Below, piece after piece: positions 18,353 to 28,294 of a DNA stretch of 64,000 nucleotides (position 1 is the stretch's first letter; each line of letters starts with the position of its first letter). Location: assembly GCA_050115495.1 (NCBI GenBank), contig JASFQK010000036.1:11216-75215 (forward strand). The letters are read 5' to 3'. Below the pieces are notes generated by a model, which made no database searches, was not told the origin of the DNA, and was given only the letters and a program-made list of their open reading frames with translations. Source of the stretch: Phycisphaerae bacterium. GTDB taxonomy: Bacteria > Planctomycetota > Phycisphaerae > UBA1845 > Fen-1342. The translations under genes were made by a program, and so were the position numbers.

Positions 18353-20419
18353 CTACAGCTCGTCCTTCAGCCGCGTGTAGATCGGGTCGTAGCGGTCGGC
18401 GGCCTGGAGACGCCGCTTGACCTGACCGTCCGCCGGATCGAGGTACACGACGACGAGCGAATCATCGTCACGGAGGCGGAACTGGCCCTCCTTGCCCGCC
18501 GAGACGCGGATCTGGGCCGGCTCCTCGAATTGCAGGTCGAGCACGATCGCTCCGGTGGTGAAGTCGACGTCTTCGCGGATCTCGTCGAAGTTTTCGTCGT
18601 ACTCGCCGGTCTCGGTCTTCTTCACGCCGCCGATGACGTCGCCGACGCGCACGTCGAACGTCTCGCTCAGCCAGTTGCCCTTGTGCCACTTGAAGACTTC
18701 GACGCGGGCGCCGTCCTTCTCGAGCGTGGGGCCCTTGGCGAAGAAATAGCTGCTGGGCGTGACCTGGATCGACTGGCTCGGCAGCGACCACTCACCGACC
18801 AATTCGCTCTGCTTGGCTTGCGACGGGTCCTTCAGCGCGGCGAGTTGTCCGACGTAGCGGTTCCAGAGCCGCACGCGCATCCGATAGCGGTAGGTCTTGC
18901 CGGCCTCGACGGTGTCGTCGTGGAACCAGACGGCCACCTGCTCGGGGTCCTTCGGATGCGTGACCATGTTGACATCCGTCCTCTGTCCCGTTGGCGCCGC
19001 CGGGTTGCCGAGCGCCGGATTGCGACCGCGGCCGGCACCGGCCACGGTTATCCCCGAAGGCCCACCGGCGACCGTCACCGGTCCGCCGGCCACGGTTACG
19101 CCACCACCGCCCGCGCCCGACGCCTTCTGCATCTGGGCCAGCTTCTTCTCGGCGATGCGCAGGATCTTCTTGGCCCGCGTCTTGTCCGAGGAGCGGGCGT
19201 GTTCGTTGTCTATGACGCGCTGGGCCGCTGCCTGGGCCTCGTTGTAGTTCTTCTGCCGCGCGGCGGTGTTCGCGGCGGCCAGGTCTTCCCGGCCCTTCTG
19301 TTCGCCTTCCTTGCGCGCCTCCCGGGCTGCCCGCGCAGCTCCGGCGCCGCCGCTGCTCCGGCCGCCTCCGCCACCGCCGACGCTGATCGCGCCACCGCCA
19401 CCACCGATGCCGATCGCTCCGCCGCCGCGTCGCGGCGGTGGCGCTACGACGTTCCGCGTGCGCTCGGACTTCGGCGGCGTGCTCGCCAGCTCGGGTTCCT
19501 CTTCCTCTTCTTCCTCTTCGTAGCCGGCCAGCGCCGGGATTTCCCAGAAGTCACCCGATTCGACCTCGGGGAACTCCGGCTGGATCAGCGTTTTCTGCAC
19601 GTTCTTGACGAGCGTGAAGGCGTCCTTGAGTTCCTGACCGTTGGTGATTTCGCCGGTTACTTCGTCGAACTGCGGATCGGGGATATCGAGCTTCGGCATG
19701 GCCTTGCTGCCGTTTACGTCCTGCCAGTTCGACCACTCGCCGCTGGCGAGCATCTCCTGCCGCTGGACGTCGGTGCCGGCGAGGTACACGCGCGTGCGGT
19801 ACGACGCGTAGTTGGCCTTGGTCATTTCCTGCTGCTGGGTCTTCCGCGGGAAGTAGGCGGCCACCGTCACCCAGGGCAGCTCGACCGGCTTCGGCTGGTT
19901 GTCGCCGCCCTCCAGCGCGGGCGTGTCCGGGCCGCCGGCCAGGGCCGTCCCCAGCACCACCGGCCGCTCGACGACTTCGCTACGTCCGGTACGCAGCACC
20001 GGCGGCGACGGCTTCAACGGTGTCACCAGGGCGATGTCGCCCGCCGCCTCCTCGTCCTGCAGCTCTTTCACGGGCAGGCCGAAGTCCACCGCCAGTGGCA
20101 GGGCTGCCGCCACGGCGGGCGTCGCGCCTTCCGTGCCCAGGATGCCGGCGTCGTGCTGCTCGCGCAGTATCTCCGCGTACTTCGGAACCTCCACCGCCGG
20201 CGGCTTCGCGTTGCGCACCGCCGCGTCCAGCCCCTCCGCCGCCTGCCGGATTGCCTGGTCGATGTCGTCGGCGCCGACTTCAGTGCCGTTGTATTCGATC
20301 ACGTTCGGCGAGCGCACGAGGTACAGGAAAGCCATGGCGGCCAGGGCGAGCACGCCCAGGCCCAGCGCGGCCTTCTCGACATGCATCTCTACGATGCTCA
20401 CGGGTCCTTTCTTGGCCAT
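18353..20419 (-). CDS. Membrane-anchored hypothetical protein, third gene of the pilM cluster
   Basis: N-terminal HVEK + TM helix; WFHDDTVEAGKTYRYRMR fibronectin-like strand; Gly-rich linkers; co-oriented with pilM. Confidence 0.7.
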   Translation of the reverse strand: MAKKGPVSIVEMHVEKAALGLGVLALAAMAFLYLVRSPNVIEYNGTEVGADDIDQAIRQAAEGLDAAVRNAKPPAVEVPKYAEILREQHDAGILGTEGATPAVAAALPLAVDFGLPVKELQDEEAAGDIALVTPLKPSPPVLRTGRSEVVERPVVLGTALAGGPDTPALEGGDNQPKPVELPWVTVAAYFPRKTQQQEMTKANYASYRTRVYLAGTDVQRQEMLASGEWSNWQDVNGSKAMPKLDIPDPQFDEVTGEITNGQELKDAFTLVKNVQKTLIQPEFPEVESGDFWEIPALAGYEEEEEEEEPELASTPPKSERTRNVVAPPPRRGGGAIGIGGGGGAISVGGGGGGRSSGGAGAARAAREARKEGEQKGREDLAAANTAARQKNYNEAQAAAQRVIDNEHARSSDKTRAKKILRIAEKKLAQMQKASGAGGGGVTVAGGPVTVAGGPSGITVAGAGRGRNPALGNPAAPTGQRTDVNMVTHPKDPEQVAVWFHDDTVEAGKTYRYRMRVRLWNRYVGQLAALKDPSQAKQSELVGEWSLPSQSIQVTPSSYFFAKGPTLEKDGARVEVFKWHKGNWLSETFDVRVGDVIGGVKKTETGEYDENFDEIREDVDFTTGAIVLDLQFEEPAQIRVSAGKEGQFRLRDDDSLVVVYLDPADGQVKRRLQAADRYDPIYTRLKDEL

Positions 20420-20466
20420 CGCTCATCCTCCGCGCGGCCGGCCGCCTTTCGGCGTGCCGCCGCGGC

Positions 20467-21789
20467 TTAGTTACCGCTCTTGATTCCCAGCGCCTCGCGC
20501 ACCTCAGCGGGGAACATCGCCTCGTATACGCTGCGGGCCATGTAGCCCTCGAAGTACAGCGTCGCCCGCACGACCGGCCCGGCGCCGTACAGGTAGCCGG
20601 CCTGAAGGTCGGCGTCGCCGGCGCTCACGGCGCTGTAGTTCATCTCGATGAGCTGGTAGAAGTTCTGCGTCGTGATGCGGTCGATGAGCTTCGGCAGCTC
20701 CCGCTGATCGACGACCACCACGACGGAGAACTGGATCACGTCGAACTTCGCATCGCTCTTCCGCCCGGTGAACGACTTCTTGATCGCGCCGGCGTCGGCG
20801 CCGCCCAGGCTGCCAGCCGCGTAGGTCGGGAACATCACGTTCTGCCGGCCCTCCGTGACGTAGCCCAGCACGCGGACGTTCTGTAGCCGCTTGACCGGCA
20901 TATGCTCGACGTAGGCCTCGTCCGGATCGAGCTGTCGGGTGGCATCCTCGTTCAGCGAGGCGATGGCCTTGATGACATCCTGCTGCACCCAGTAGGCGAC
21001 CTGGGCGTACCACATCTGGTCCGGCGTGGGCCGCGCGCTGCGGTCCAGAATCGGGCTCAGGTGCAGCGAGTTCGCTGCCGGATCGGTGTTGATGTAGCAG
21101 CGGATGCTGCGGGCCTTGGTGATGTTGGCGCGGGCCACGGGGTCGGTTCTCGGGTCACCCTGGGCCGATCCGCCCGGCCGCATCGGAGTATTCGAACCGC
21201 CCACCTGGATGGTTCCCCCCGTGCGTGAGCGCCCCGTACCGGCCACGGTCACTGGAGCGACGCTTATCGGGGCGATGGCTGGCGAAGGCTGCATGCCAGT
21301 TGCGATCGCCGGCGCCGTCGGGCCACCCTCTCCCTCTTCCTCGGCGATCTGGGCCAGCAGTTCGTCGATGTCGAACTGGGCATCGGCGATTTCCCGGTCG
21401 TCGGGCAGGTCGCCGCCCTTGAGCGACAAAGGCAGCTCGTCCATGGCCCGGGCATACGCGTCGCGGAACTCGAAGGCCACGGCTTCCCGCTCGATCTTCG
21501 GGAAGACGTTTTCCATCAGGGGCTGGCGGGCGTTGATCCGCTCCGCTTCCGCCACCGTCGCCGCGTATTCGCGCTGGAAGAGCTGTCCGCGCTCGGCTTC
21601 GGCGTTGATGCACGCGTCATTCTTTGCCGAGCTGCGCAGCGAACCGATCTGGCCGGCGCGTCTGACGCGCTGCTCCATCTCTTCGATCACGTTCGTTTGC
21701 ATCATCCCCAGCACGCCGATGGCGATGAAGACCAGGGCCGCCAGGCCGCTGGCCAGTGAGATCAGGTGATTCTTGATGAACGTCATCAT
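20467..21789 (-). CDS. Membrane-anchored hypothetical protein (PilO-like position) of the pilM cluster
   Basis: N-terminal TM helix; WYAQVAYWVQQD; AAGGAG RBS; co-oriented with pilM. Confidence 0.7.
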   Translation of the reverse strand: MMTFIKNHLISLASGLAALVFIAIGVLGMMQTNVIEEMEQRVRRAGQIGSLRSSAKNDACINAEAERGQLFQREYAATVAEAERINARQPLMENVFPKIEREAVAFEFRDAYARAMDELPLSLKGGDLPDDREIADAQFDIDELLAQIAEEEGEGGPTAPAIATGMQPSPAIAPISVAPVTVAGTGRSRTGGTIQVGGSNTPMRPGGSAQGDPRTDPVARANITKARSIRCYINTDPAANSLHLSPILDRSARPTPDQMWYAQVAYWVQQDVIKAIASLNEDATRQLDPDEAYVEHMPVKRLQNVRVLGYVTEGRQNVMFPTYAAGSLGGADAGAIKKSFTGRKSDAKFDVIQFSVVVVVDQRELPKLIDRITTQNFYQLIEMNYSAVSAGDADLQAGYLYGAGPVVRATLYFEGYMARSVYEAMFPAEVREALGIKSGN

Positions 21790-21830
21790 CAGCGGTCTCC
21801 TTTACGTTCAGGACGACTGCGCATTACGGC

Positions 21831-23903
21831 CTACTCCCCCGGCTGGGGCGCTGCCCCGGGCTTCTGGGGCTTCTCGCCGAGCTTGACGCGGAAGCCGAAA
21901 CGGATGCTCCAGTCTCCGCCCATGTCTTCTCCCGTCACCGGATCGGGCATCGCCGGCCCGGCGGGGCTCCCGGTGCCCAGGGCCGCTGCGCCGCCCGCCC
22001 CCTGGGCGGCCCGCAGTTGTCGCGGCAGCGGTACGTAGATGTTCTCGATCTTCGCGGCCGGATCATCGTCCGGAATGTAGAACCCCAGTCCTTCCCGCGC
22101 CGACAGCTCGCGCAGGTTGGGGAAGTACTCGGCGGTCAGGAAGTCGGCAGCCGCACCCTGCGTCTCGCCGAACAGCAGGCGGGCGTCGATGTAGACGACG
22201 AACCCGCTCGTGGCGAGTGACTGGCCCGCTTGCATCGCCTGCATTTGCTGCTGCTCGCGATTCACCGGTGACGATCGTCGTCCGCCGACACCCGCTACCT
22301 GTATGCCCATGGGGGTTATGGGCCCGGCGCTCGTCCCCGTGGTGCCGCCCCCGCCCGCGGCGGAGGCCAGCATATCCGCCTTTTCCACGTCTTCCTTGAA
22401 CTCGATCGACAACTGGTCGATCAGCAACTGCCGCCGCTGCGTTCGCAGTAACTGCCCCGACTTCACCAGGGCCTTGAGATCGTCCGCAGTGTGCACGTTC
22501 GCCAGCAGGGGGTTCTGCGGCGGCATCGCCTCGTACACCAGGGACATGACCCGGGCGACCAGGGCGTTCTTGTCCTGGAGTTCGAGGAGCTTCTTGATTT
22601 CCTGCTCCTTCTCGGAGGTGTTCGTCTGGACCTGGGCGAATTCGCTCTTGAGCTTCTGGGCACGCTGGATGATCTGCTGCGTCGCGGCCTGGGCCTCGCT
22701 GGCTTGCGGGCTGGCCAAAGCCTGCTTGTCGAGCATCGTCCGCGTCCAGGGCATGAACGCCGCCAGGCCCAGGCACGCCGCCGTCGCCACGAAGAACAGG
22801 CGTTTCTTCTTCCAGACCGCGATGCGGGCGAGCTCACCGGGCAGCAGGTTCGCGTTGATCTGCGCCAGTCCGAGCCCTTGCAACGCCAGGCCGTACGACG
22901 CCGGGAAGGTCAGGATGTTCTCCGTGAACTGCGGGGCGTTCACCGTGGCCGACGGGACGATGCCGGCGAACTTCTCGAGCCGCACGACACCGCCGGGGAT
23001 AGTCAGGTTGTTTTCGAGGTACTTCTGGAGGCCGGGCAGGCGGAAGGCGTTGCCCAGGGCGAGCACCCGCTTTAACTCCACGTCGCGGTGCGTCGAGCTG
23101 TAGAAGCCGATGCTCCGCTGGATCTCGGCCACCAGCTCGGCGAAGACCGGGCGCATGGCCTGGAAGATCTGCCGGGCGTATTTGCTCGTGGCGGCCGTTC
23201 GCTTGAGGCTCTCCGCTTTGGCGAACGACAGCTTGAAGGCCCGCACCAGGGCCTCGGTGAAGCTGTTGCCGCCCAGCGGGATGTTTCGCGTCCAGGCGCT
23301 GTTCGGCTCGACGATCACCAGGTCGGTGTTCTGGGCCCCTACGTTGATCAGCACGAGGGCCCCGTCGTCCTCGCCCGCCCGCTCGAACCGGCAGAAGTTG
23401 TAGAGGGCCGAGGGGACCGTCTGGACGATCGAGGCCGAGATGCCCACGTTACCGAAGGCCTCGAGGTGCTTGCGGATCAGGTCCTTGCGCATCGCGAAGA
23501 TGCCGACCTCGAGGTCCGGGGAGTCCTCGGTCGCGAACGTCTGGTAATCCCAGATCACGTCGTCCATGTCGAACGGGATCTGCTGGCTCGCCTCGAACCG
23601 CACCAGGTCGGGGACCTTCTTCTGGTCCACCGGCGGCATCTTGCAGAACCGGGCGAAGGTCTGCTGGCCCGGCACCCCGATGACGAACTGGTCACCCTGC
23701 CAGTCGTTGCGTGAGGCGAACTTCTCGAGTGCCCCCCGGATCAGCTCTTCGGGATCCGCGTCGGGCTGAGAGAGGATCTTGGGGTGCTCGATCACGTCGA
23801 AGGCCACAGCCTCGACCTTCCCGTCGCCCACGTTCCGGAGCTTCAGGGCCTTCAACGAGCACTGCCCAACGTCGATACCCCATACCGCATTTCCGGCTGC
23901 CAT
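21831..23903 (-). CDS. pilM: Type IV pilus assembly protein PilM fused to a PilN-like region
   Basis: VWGIDVGQCSLKA, FEASQQIPF, INVGAQNT, EIQRSIGFY, GLALQG followed by ANLLP + TM helix (PilN N-terminal motif). Confidence 0.85.
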   Translation of the reverse strand: MAAGNAVWGIDVGQCSLKALKLRNVGDGKVEAVAFDVIEHPKILSQPDADPEELIRGALEKFASRNDWQGDQFVIGVPGQQTFARFCKMPPVDQKKVPDLVRFEASQQIPFDMDDVIWDYQTFATEDSPDLEVGIFAMRKDLIRKHLEAFGNVGISASIVQTVPSALYNFCRFERAGEDDGALVLINVGAQNTDLVIVEPNSAWTRNIPLGGNSFTEALVRAFKLSFAKAESLKRTAATSKYARQIFQAMRPVFAELVAEIQRSIGFYSSTHRDVELKRVLALGNAFRLPGLQKYLENNLTIPGGVVRLEKFAGIVPSATVNAPQFTENILTFPASYGLALQGLGLAQINANLLPGELARIAVWKKKRLFFVATAACLGLAAFMPWTRTMLDKQALASPQASEAQAATQQIIQRAQKLKSEFAQVQTNTSEKEQEIKKLLELQDKNALVARVMSLVYEAMPPQNPLLANVHTADDLKALVKSGQLLRTQRRQLLIDQLSIEFKEDVEKADMLASAAGGGGTTGTSAGPITPMGIQVAGVGGRRSSPVNREQQQMQAMQAGQSLATSGFVVYIDARLLFGETQGAAADFLTAEYFPNLRELSAREGLGFYIPDDDPAAKIENIYVPLPRQLRAAQGAGGAAALGTGSPAGPAMPDPVTGEDMGGDWSIRFGFRVKLGEKPQKPGAAPQPGE

Positions 23904-24406
23904 GACACACTCCTCTCGCGCCAACCGCAGACGTCCGGATGGACGTCGGCACGGCCAACGTGGATACGTGTTCACACTGGGCGCATGACGACGGCCCAGG
24001 TCTGTCCGCTACGTTTTCAGGTGTGAGCACCCGCGGCGTGAAGCCACGGTGTCTGCCATGGGACTACCACGACAGCTCGCTCGGAGGGGTATGGTATGAA
24101 TGATGCCGGTGTTGCCGAGATCGTCGAGCTTGTCAGGCGGCCACCCCACAGGCGGCTCGCTTAGCCGGTTTGTCGCTGTTCCGTCGGTCGCACCTCCTGC
24201 GGTCAACCGCGTGAAGCCTGGGGCGCCATCATTGCGTCCTCACCTGTAAGAGTATCGGCGACGAGCGCGACGTCAATCGTCGTCGGCGAAATTCCGGGCG
24301 GTAAACCGTCATGTGCAGACGCGGACAGCCCGAAACCCTGGCTGCTGGCGGGTTTACGCCACGCGCAACATCTACGTAACGGTGGCCCGGAGGTCGAACG
24401 CACGTT

Positions 24407-24492
24407 GCGCTGAAAAAGGGAACAGGCACCTCGCCTCGACTGGTTCCAGAGACGGAATGGGCGTTTCCGTGCTCGGAGCCAGTCCCCTTTTT
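24407..24492. repeat. Inverted-repeat element copy 1 (AAAGGGRACAGGCACCTCG-core-TCGGAGCCAGTCCCC)
   Basis: Conserved arms shared with 39251 and 40710 copies; unique 38-nt core. Confidence 0.8.
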
Positions 24493-24495
24493 CCG

Positions 24496-24975
24496 CTAGC
24501 CCTTTCGCCGAAAGGCGTACATTCCCCTCTCGCAGGCGACCACGAAGGATTCGCCCTGCGACTTCAACCGCTCCCAGGATTGGCGGATGCGGTCGGCCTC
24601 GTCGGGGGTGATCTGGCCGTCGTTCTCGATGCTGGTGCTGATGTTGGTGAGCAGGTCGCCGAAGTCCTGCACGACCCGTTGCGTAGAGCCGAGGAGCTGT
24701 TCCTCGGCGTCGCCGGGCTCGACCTCCGGGTGGGGGACGAAGAAGCCGCCGGCGTGGTTGCAGAGCCAGTTCACCACGCGGGGGTCGCCGGTGGCCTCGA
24801 CGATGTGGCGGAGGCGGTCGAGCGGGTTACGGGCGCCGGAACTGCGGGGATCGGTGGCGGTTGGCGGCTCCTGGCACCATTTGTAGACGAGAGCAGAACT
24901 GAGCTTCAGCTTGCCAGCAACCGCCTTGACCCCGACTTCCTCAATCGCGTTCCTGAGTACTTCCCACGATTCCAC
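24496..24975 (-). CDS. Phage regulatory CII-like family protein (orphan)
   Basis: N-terminal HTH-like VKAVAGKLKLSSALVYKW, NPLDR, DGQITPDEADRI. Confidence 0.6.
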   Translation of the reverse strand: MESWEVLRNAIEEVGVKAVAGKLKLSSALVYKWCQEPPTATDPRSSGARNPLDRLRHIVEATGDPRVVNWLCNHAGGFFVPHPEVEPGDAEEQLLGSTQRVVQDFGDLLTNISTSIENDGQITPDEADRIRQSWERLKSQGESFVVACERGMYAFRRKG

Positions 24976-25109
24976 GGGGCACCCCTGCAACATCCGGTCC
25001 CCCGCATGTTACCTGTCCGATAAGGTCTGCCGACGAACGACGCCGGGATTGTCCCGACCGCCCTCGCGTTCGTCAACTGCCGCGTACCGGCGGGATAAGC
25101 CGCGTTTTG

Positions 25110-25138
25110 TTGACCGGACGAGGGGTGGTGCAGATAAT
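25110..25138 (+). promoter_or_regulatory. Sigma70-type promoter of sodA
   Basis: TTGACC-N17-GATAAT about 100 nt before the ATG. Confidence 0.6.
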
Positions 25139-25236
25139 CAGAGAAACCCCCGGCGATATGTTCGGGCCCTGTTCGCCGGTTGCCCGGTGCACCACGACAA
25201 AAAAGCGAACCGAGATTCGGATCAAGGAGATTCAAA

Positions 25237-25851
25237 ATGGCTTATGAGCTGGCCCCGCTTCCCTATGCGTACGATGCCCTGGAACCGCATATTGATGCGA
25301 AGACCATGGAGATCCACCACTCCAAGCACCACCAGGCGTACGTCAACAACGCCAACAAGGCCCTCGAGGGGCATCCCGACCTCGCCGCCAAGCCCATCGA
25401 TGAGGTCCTGCGGCACCTCGACAAGATCCCGGCGGACATCCGGCAGGCCGTGATTAATCACGGCGGCGGCGTGTACAACCACAACTTCTTCTGGCAGATC
25501 ATGGGGCCGAAGAAGGGCGGCGAGCCCAAGGGCAAGCTGGCCATCGCCATCGGCGAGACCTTCGGCAACTTCGCCAACTTCAAGGAGCAGTTCACCAAGG
25601 CGGCCGCCACGCAGTTCGGCAGCGGCTGGGCCTGGCTGGGCCTCGACCAGAACGGTCGCCTGCACGTCGGCGCCACGTCCAACCAGGACTCGCCGATCAG
25701 CACGGGCCACACCCCGCTGCTCGCCCTGGACGTGTGGGAGCACTCGTACTACCTGAAGTACCAGAACCGGCGGCCGGACTACATCACGGCGTGGTGGAAC
25801 GTCGTTAACTGGGACAAGGTGGCCGAGCTGTACGAGCTGGCGCGCAAGTAG
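25237..25851 (+). CDS. sodA: Superoxide dismutase, Mn-type signature
   Basis: [53 protein letters not shown]. Confidence 0.95.
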   Translation: MAYELAPLPYAYDALEPHIDAKTMEIHHSKHHQAYVNNANKALEGHPDLAAKPIDEVLRHLDKIPADIRQAVINHGGGVYNHNFFWQIMGPKKGGEPKGKLAIAIGETFGNFANFKEQFTKAAATQFGSGWAWLGLDQNGRLHVGATSNQDSPISTGHTPLLALDVWEHSYYLKYQNRRPDYITAWWNVVNWDKVAELYELARK

Positions 25852-25881
25852 CCCCCGCGCGACACCCCTGAAACGCACGAG

Positions 25882-25907
25882 CGGCCGCCCTTACCGGCGG
25901 CCGTTTT
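25882..25907 (+). terminator. Intrinsic terminator after sodA
   Basis: CGGCCGCC-loop-GGCGGCCG followed by TTTT. Confidence 0.6.
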
Positions 25908-26044
25908 CCTGCGCCTGCCGCGGTTGCAGGGCGCCCGTCGCCCTGCTAGCCTGCTCGTTCCCGCAAACATCGTGCCCGCGGCCCGGCCGCCCGTGTTGGA
26001 TCGGCGGTGGGGCAGGCACCGGATCGGGGAGATGGGAACGACCG

Positions 26045-26623
26045 ATGACCGCCGCCCGCGATTATGTGACGATTGTCTCCGGCCTGCCGCGTTCCGGCAC
26101 CTCCATGATGATGCGCATGCTGGCTGCGGGAGGCATCCCGCCGCTGACCGACAACCTCCGCGTCGCCGACGAGGACAACCCGCGCGGCTACTACGAGTTT
26201 GAGCCGGTCAAGAAGACGAAGGAAGACGCCTCCTGGCTCGCCACCGCCGGCGGCAAGGTCGTCAAGATGGTCTATCGCCTGCTGTACGACCTGCCGGCGG
26301 GCCACGAGTACCGCGTCGTCTTCATGCGGCGCAAGCTCGAAGAGGTGCTCGCCTCGCAGAACGTGATGCTCGACCGGCAGGGCAAAGCCACCGGCGACCT
26401 GCCGCCGGAGAAGCTCCACGGCCTGTTCAACGCGGAGCTGGAGAAGGCGGACCAGTGGATCCGGCAGCAACCGCACTTCAAGCTGCTCTACGCGGACTAC
26501 AACGAGACGCTGAGCAACCCGGCCCCGACCGTCGAGGCGCTGAACAACTTCCTCGACGGCAACCTGGACACGGCGGCCATGCTCAAGACCGTCGAGCCGC
26601 AGCTCTACCGGCAGCGGAAGTAG
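26045..26623 (+). CDS. Sulfotransferase-family P-loop protein
   Basis: VSGLPRSGTSMM (5'-PSB-like), FMRR.LEEVLASQ (3'-PB-like). Confidence 0.8.
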   Translation: MTAARDYVTIVSGLPRSGTSMMMRMLAAGGIPPLTDNLRVADEDNPRGYYEFEPVKKTKEDASWLATAGGKVVKMVYRLLYDLPAGHEYRVVFMRRKLEEVLASQNVMLDRQGKATGDLPPEKLHGLFNAELEKADQWIRQQPHFKLLYADYNETLSNPAPTVEALNNFLDGNLDTAAMLKTVEPQLYRQRK

Positions 26624-26640
26624 GACCGGCGTTGAAGAGG

Positions 26641-26907
26641 GGGACAAGGCTCGCCCTACGAAGACGTTGGCTACGGGGGGCCGGCGCTACGTGCGGGGCG
26701 CGCTGGCTGTCCGAGCCCCGAGCGGTAGCGAGCGGGTCGTTCGCGCAAACGTTCGCCGGTTGCGTCAACCGCTCCCTGCCGGTCTCGGACGGATTGCGTG
26801 CGGGGCGTTTGCCGCGTTCGACGTTCGACACGGAGGTCGGACGCTACGGGACGTCGGCCACGGGGGGCCGGCGCTACGAAGACGTCGGTCGCAGGGGGGC
26901 GACGCTA
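26641..26907 (-). repeat. Cluster of GTAG-type REP-like hairpins
   Basis: Five minus-strand units GTAG+hairpin, e.g. GTAGCGCCGGCCCCCCGTGGCCG, adjacent units spaced about 30 nt, between convergent genes. Confidence 0.7.
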
Positions 26908-26911
26908 CGGG

Positions 26912-27364
26912 TTAGTGGTCGGCGCCGATGTCCTGCGTGAACGAGTACAGGACGATGTGGTTCTCGTGCTCCTCGTGACGCGACACGTGGCCGAGGAAGA
27001 CCTGCAATCGCGTGCAGCAGTCGCGGATCAGCAACTGGTCCTCGGGCTTGAGCTGGTGCACGGTCTGCTCGAGTGAGTCCATGAGCGTGTGCAGCTCCGC
27101 GTGCTGGTGACGCAGCAATTCGACCTGTTGCGAGAGCGTGGGTCGTTGCTCGACGACCGGCTCGAGGTAGCCATCCTCCTCCTCGATGTGCATCATCCGC
27201 CGCAGGTGCGCCGCGAAATGGTCGTAGCGCTGGCCCAGCTCCCTGAGCCAGTCCTTCAGGCTGCCCGGGGGGATCGAGACGATGTGCTCGCGGAGGCGGT
27301 GGGCCAGATCGTTGACCTTGGCACCTTCGTGCTTCATCCAGTCGGCGAGGGTTTTCGGATCCAT
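26912..27364 (-). CDS. Hemerythrin/HHE-domain protein
   Basis: HL...HIEEEDGYL, LRHQHAEL, RHEEHEN; ends QDIG. Confidence 0.7.
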   Translation of the reverse strand: MDPKTLADWMKHEGAKVNDLAHRLREHIVSIPPGSLKDWLRELGQRYDHFAAHLRRMMHIEEEDGYLEPVVEQRPTLSQQVELLRHQHAELHTLMDSLEQTVHQLKPEDQLLIRDCCTRLQVFLGHVSRHEEHENHIVLYSFTQDIGADH

Positions 27365-27432
27365 GCTGCGTACTCCCAGGACACATCCGCCGCGCCGCCG
27401 GAGCGGCGCCGCCGGTCGCGCCGTTTACGAAC

Positions 27433-28146
27433 TCACTTCAGTATTCCGCGGGCCCGCAGGGCCTGACAGACCAGCTCCATCGTCTCGGCGATGGGGAAGC
27501 GATCGGTGTTGACCACGACATCGTGGCGGGTGAGCTCGCCGGCCCGCTTGCCGAAGTGGTGCCGCAGGAAATCGGTGCGTTCCTGCTGGATGCGCTCTAC
27601 CTCGGCCATGGCCAGGGCGGTGCTGACGCCCGTCCGTTCTGCAAAACGCCGGGCCCGAACCTCGGGCGGGGCCACGAGGTACACGCGCAGGCCGCGCTCG
27701 CGGGGCAGCATCATGTCCGCCCCACGTCCGAGAAAAACAGCGTTCCCCTGGCGAGCCAGGGCCAGCACCGTCTCGCTGAGTCGGGGGAAGTATTCCTCCC
27801 GGCGGAACTCGCCGCCCATCAGCCAGCGGAGCGTCGATTCGATCCAGCCGAGGTCGCGCTCGTCGAGGTCCTCGTAGAGGCGGGCGCGCACGCGGTCGTC
27901 GCCGGCCATCGCCTGGAGGATCTCGCGGTCGAACACGGGCCAGCTCAGGCGCTGGCTGAGCTTCTCGGTCAAGGCTCCGCCACCTGCACCGACCATGCGC
28001 GAAATCGACACGAAATCTTGAACTTCGTGATCGGCGGTCGCCGCCCGCGGCTCGTGCTGTTGGGAGCGGGCCAGCTCCCAATAGCGCATCTGCCGCTCGA
28101 CGGCCTTCGCCACGTCGGTCCTACCGCTGCTGGGTTTCCCTGCCAT
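27433..28146 (-). CDS. Cytidylate kinase-like family protein
   Basis: SISRMVGAGG, LSWPVFDREIL, GNAVFLGRGA, RVYLVAP..R. Confidence 0.8.
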   Translation of the reverse strand: MAGKPSSGRTDVAKAVERQMRYWELARSQQHEPRAATADHEVQDFVSISRMVGAGGGALTEKLSQRLSWPVFDREILQAMAGDDRVRARLYEDLDERDLGWIESTLRWLMGGEFRREEYFPRLSETVLALARQGNAVFLGRGADMMLPRERGLRVYLVAPPEVRARRFAERTGVSTALAMAEVERIQQERTDFLRHHFGKRAGELTRHDVVVNTDRFPIAETMELVCQALRARGILK

Positions 28147-28212
28147 CGGACACCTCGGCGGGCATTATAGGGTGCAGGGGGCGAGGGGCACCAGCCCGGC
28201 GGGCGGGGGCGC

Positions 28213-28254
28213 AAAGAACGGGGGCCGGCGCTGCCAGGCGGCAGGCCGGCCCCC
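28213..28254 (-). terminator. Intrinsic terminator after DHODH-like gene
   Basis: GGGGGCCGGC/GCCGGCCCCC stem followed on minus strand by GTTCTTT. Confidence 0.55.
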
Positions 28255-28294
28255 GGGAGGGATCCGGTGAGGGGCGGCTGAGCCCGCCCGTGGA

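Noticed and set aside
24496..24975. Prophage remnant around the CII-like gene
   Set aside because: No integrase, structural or replication genes nearby
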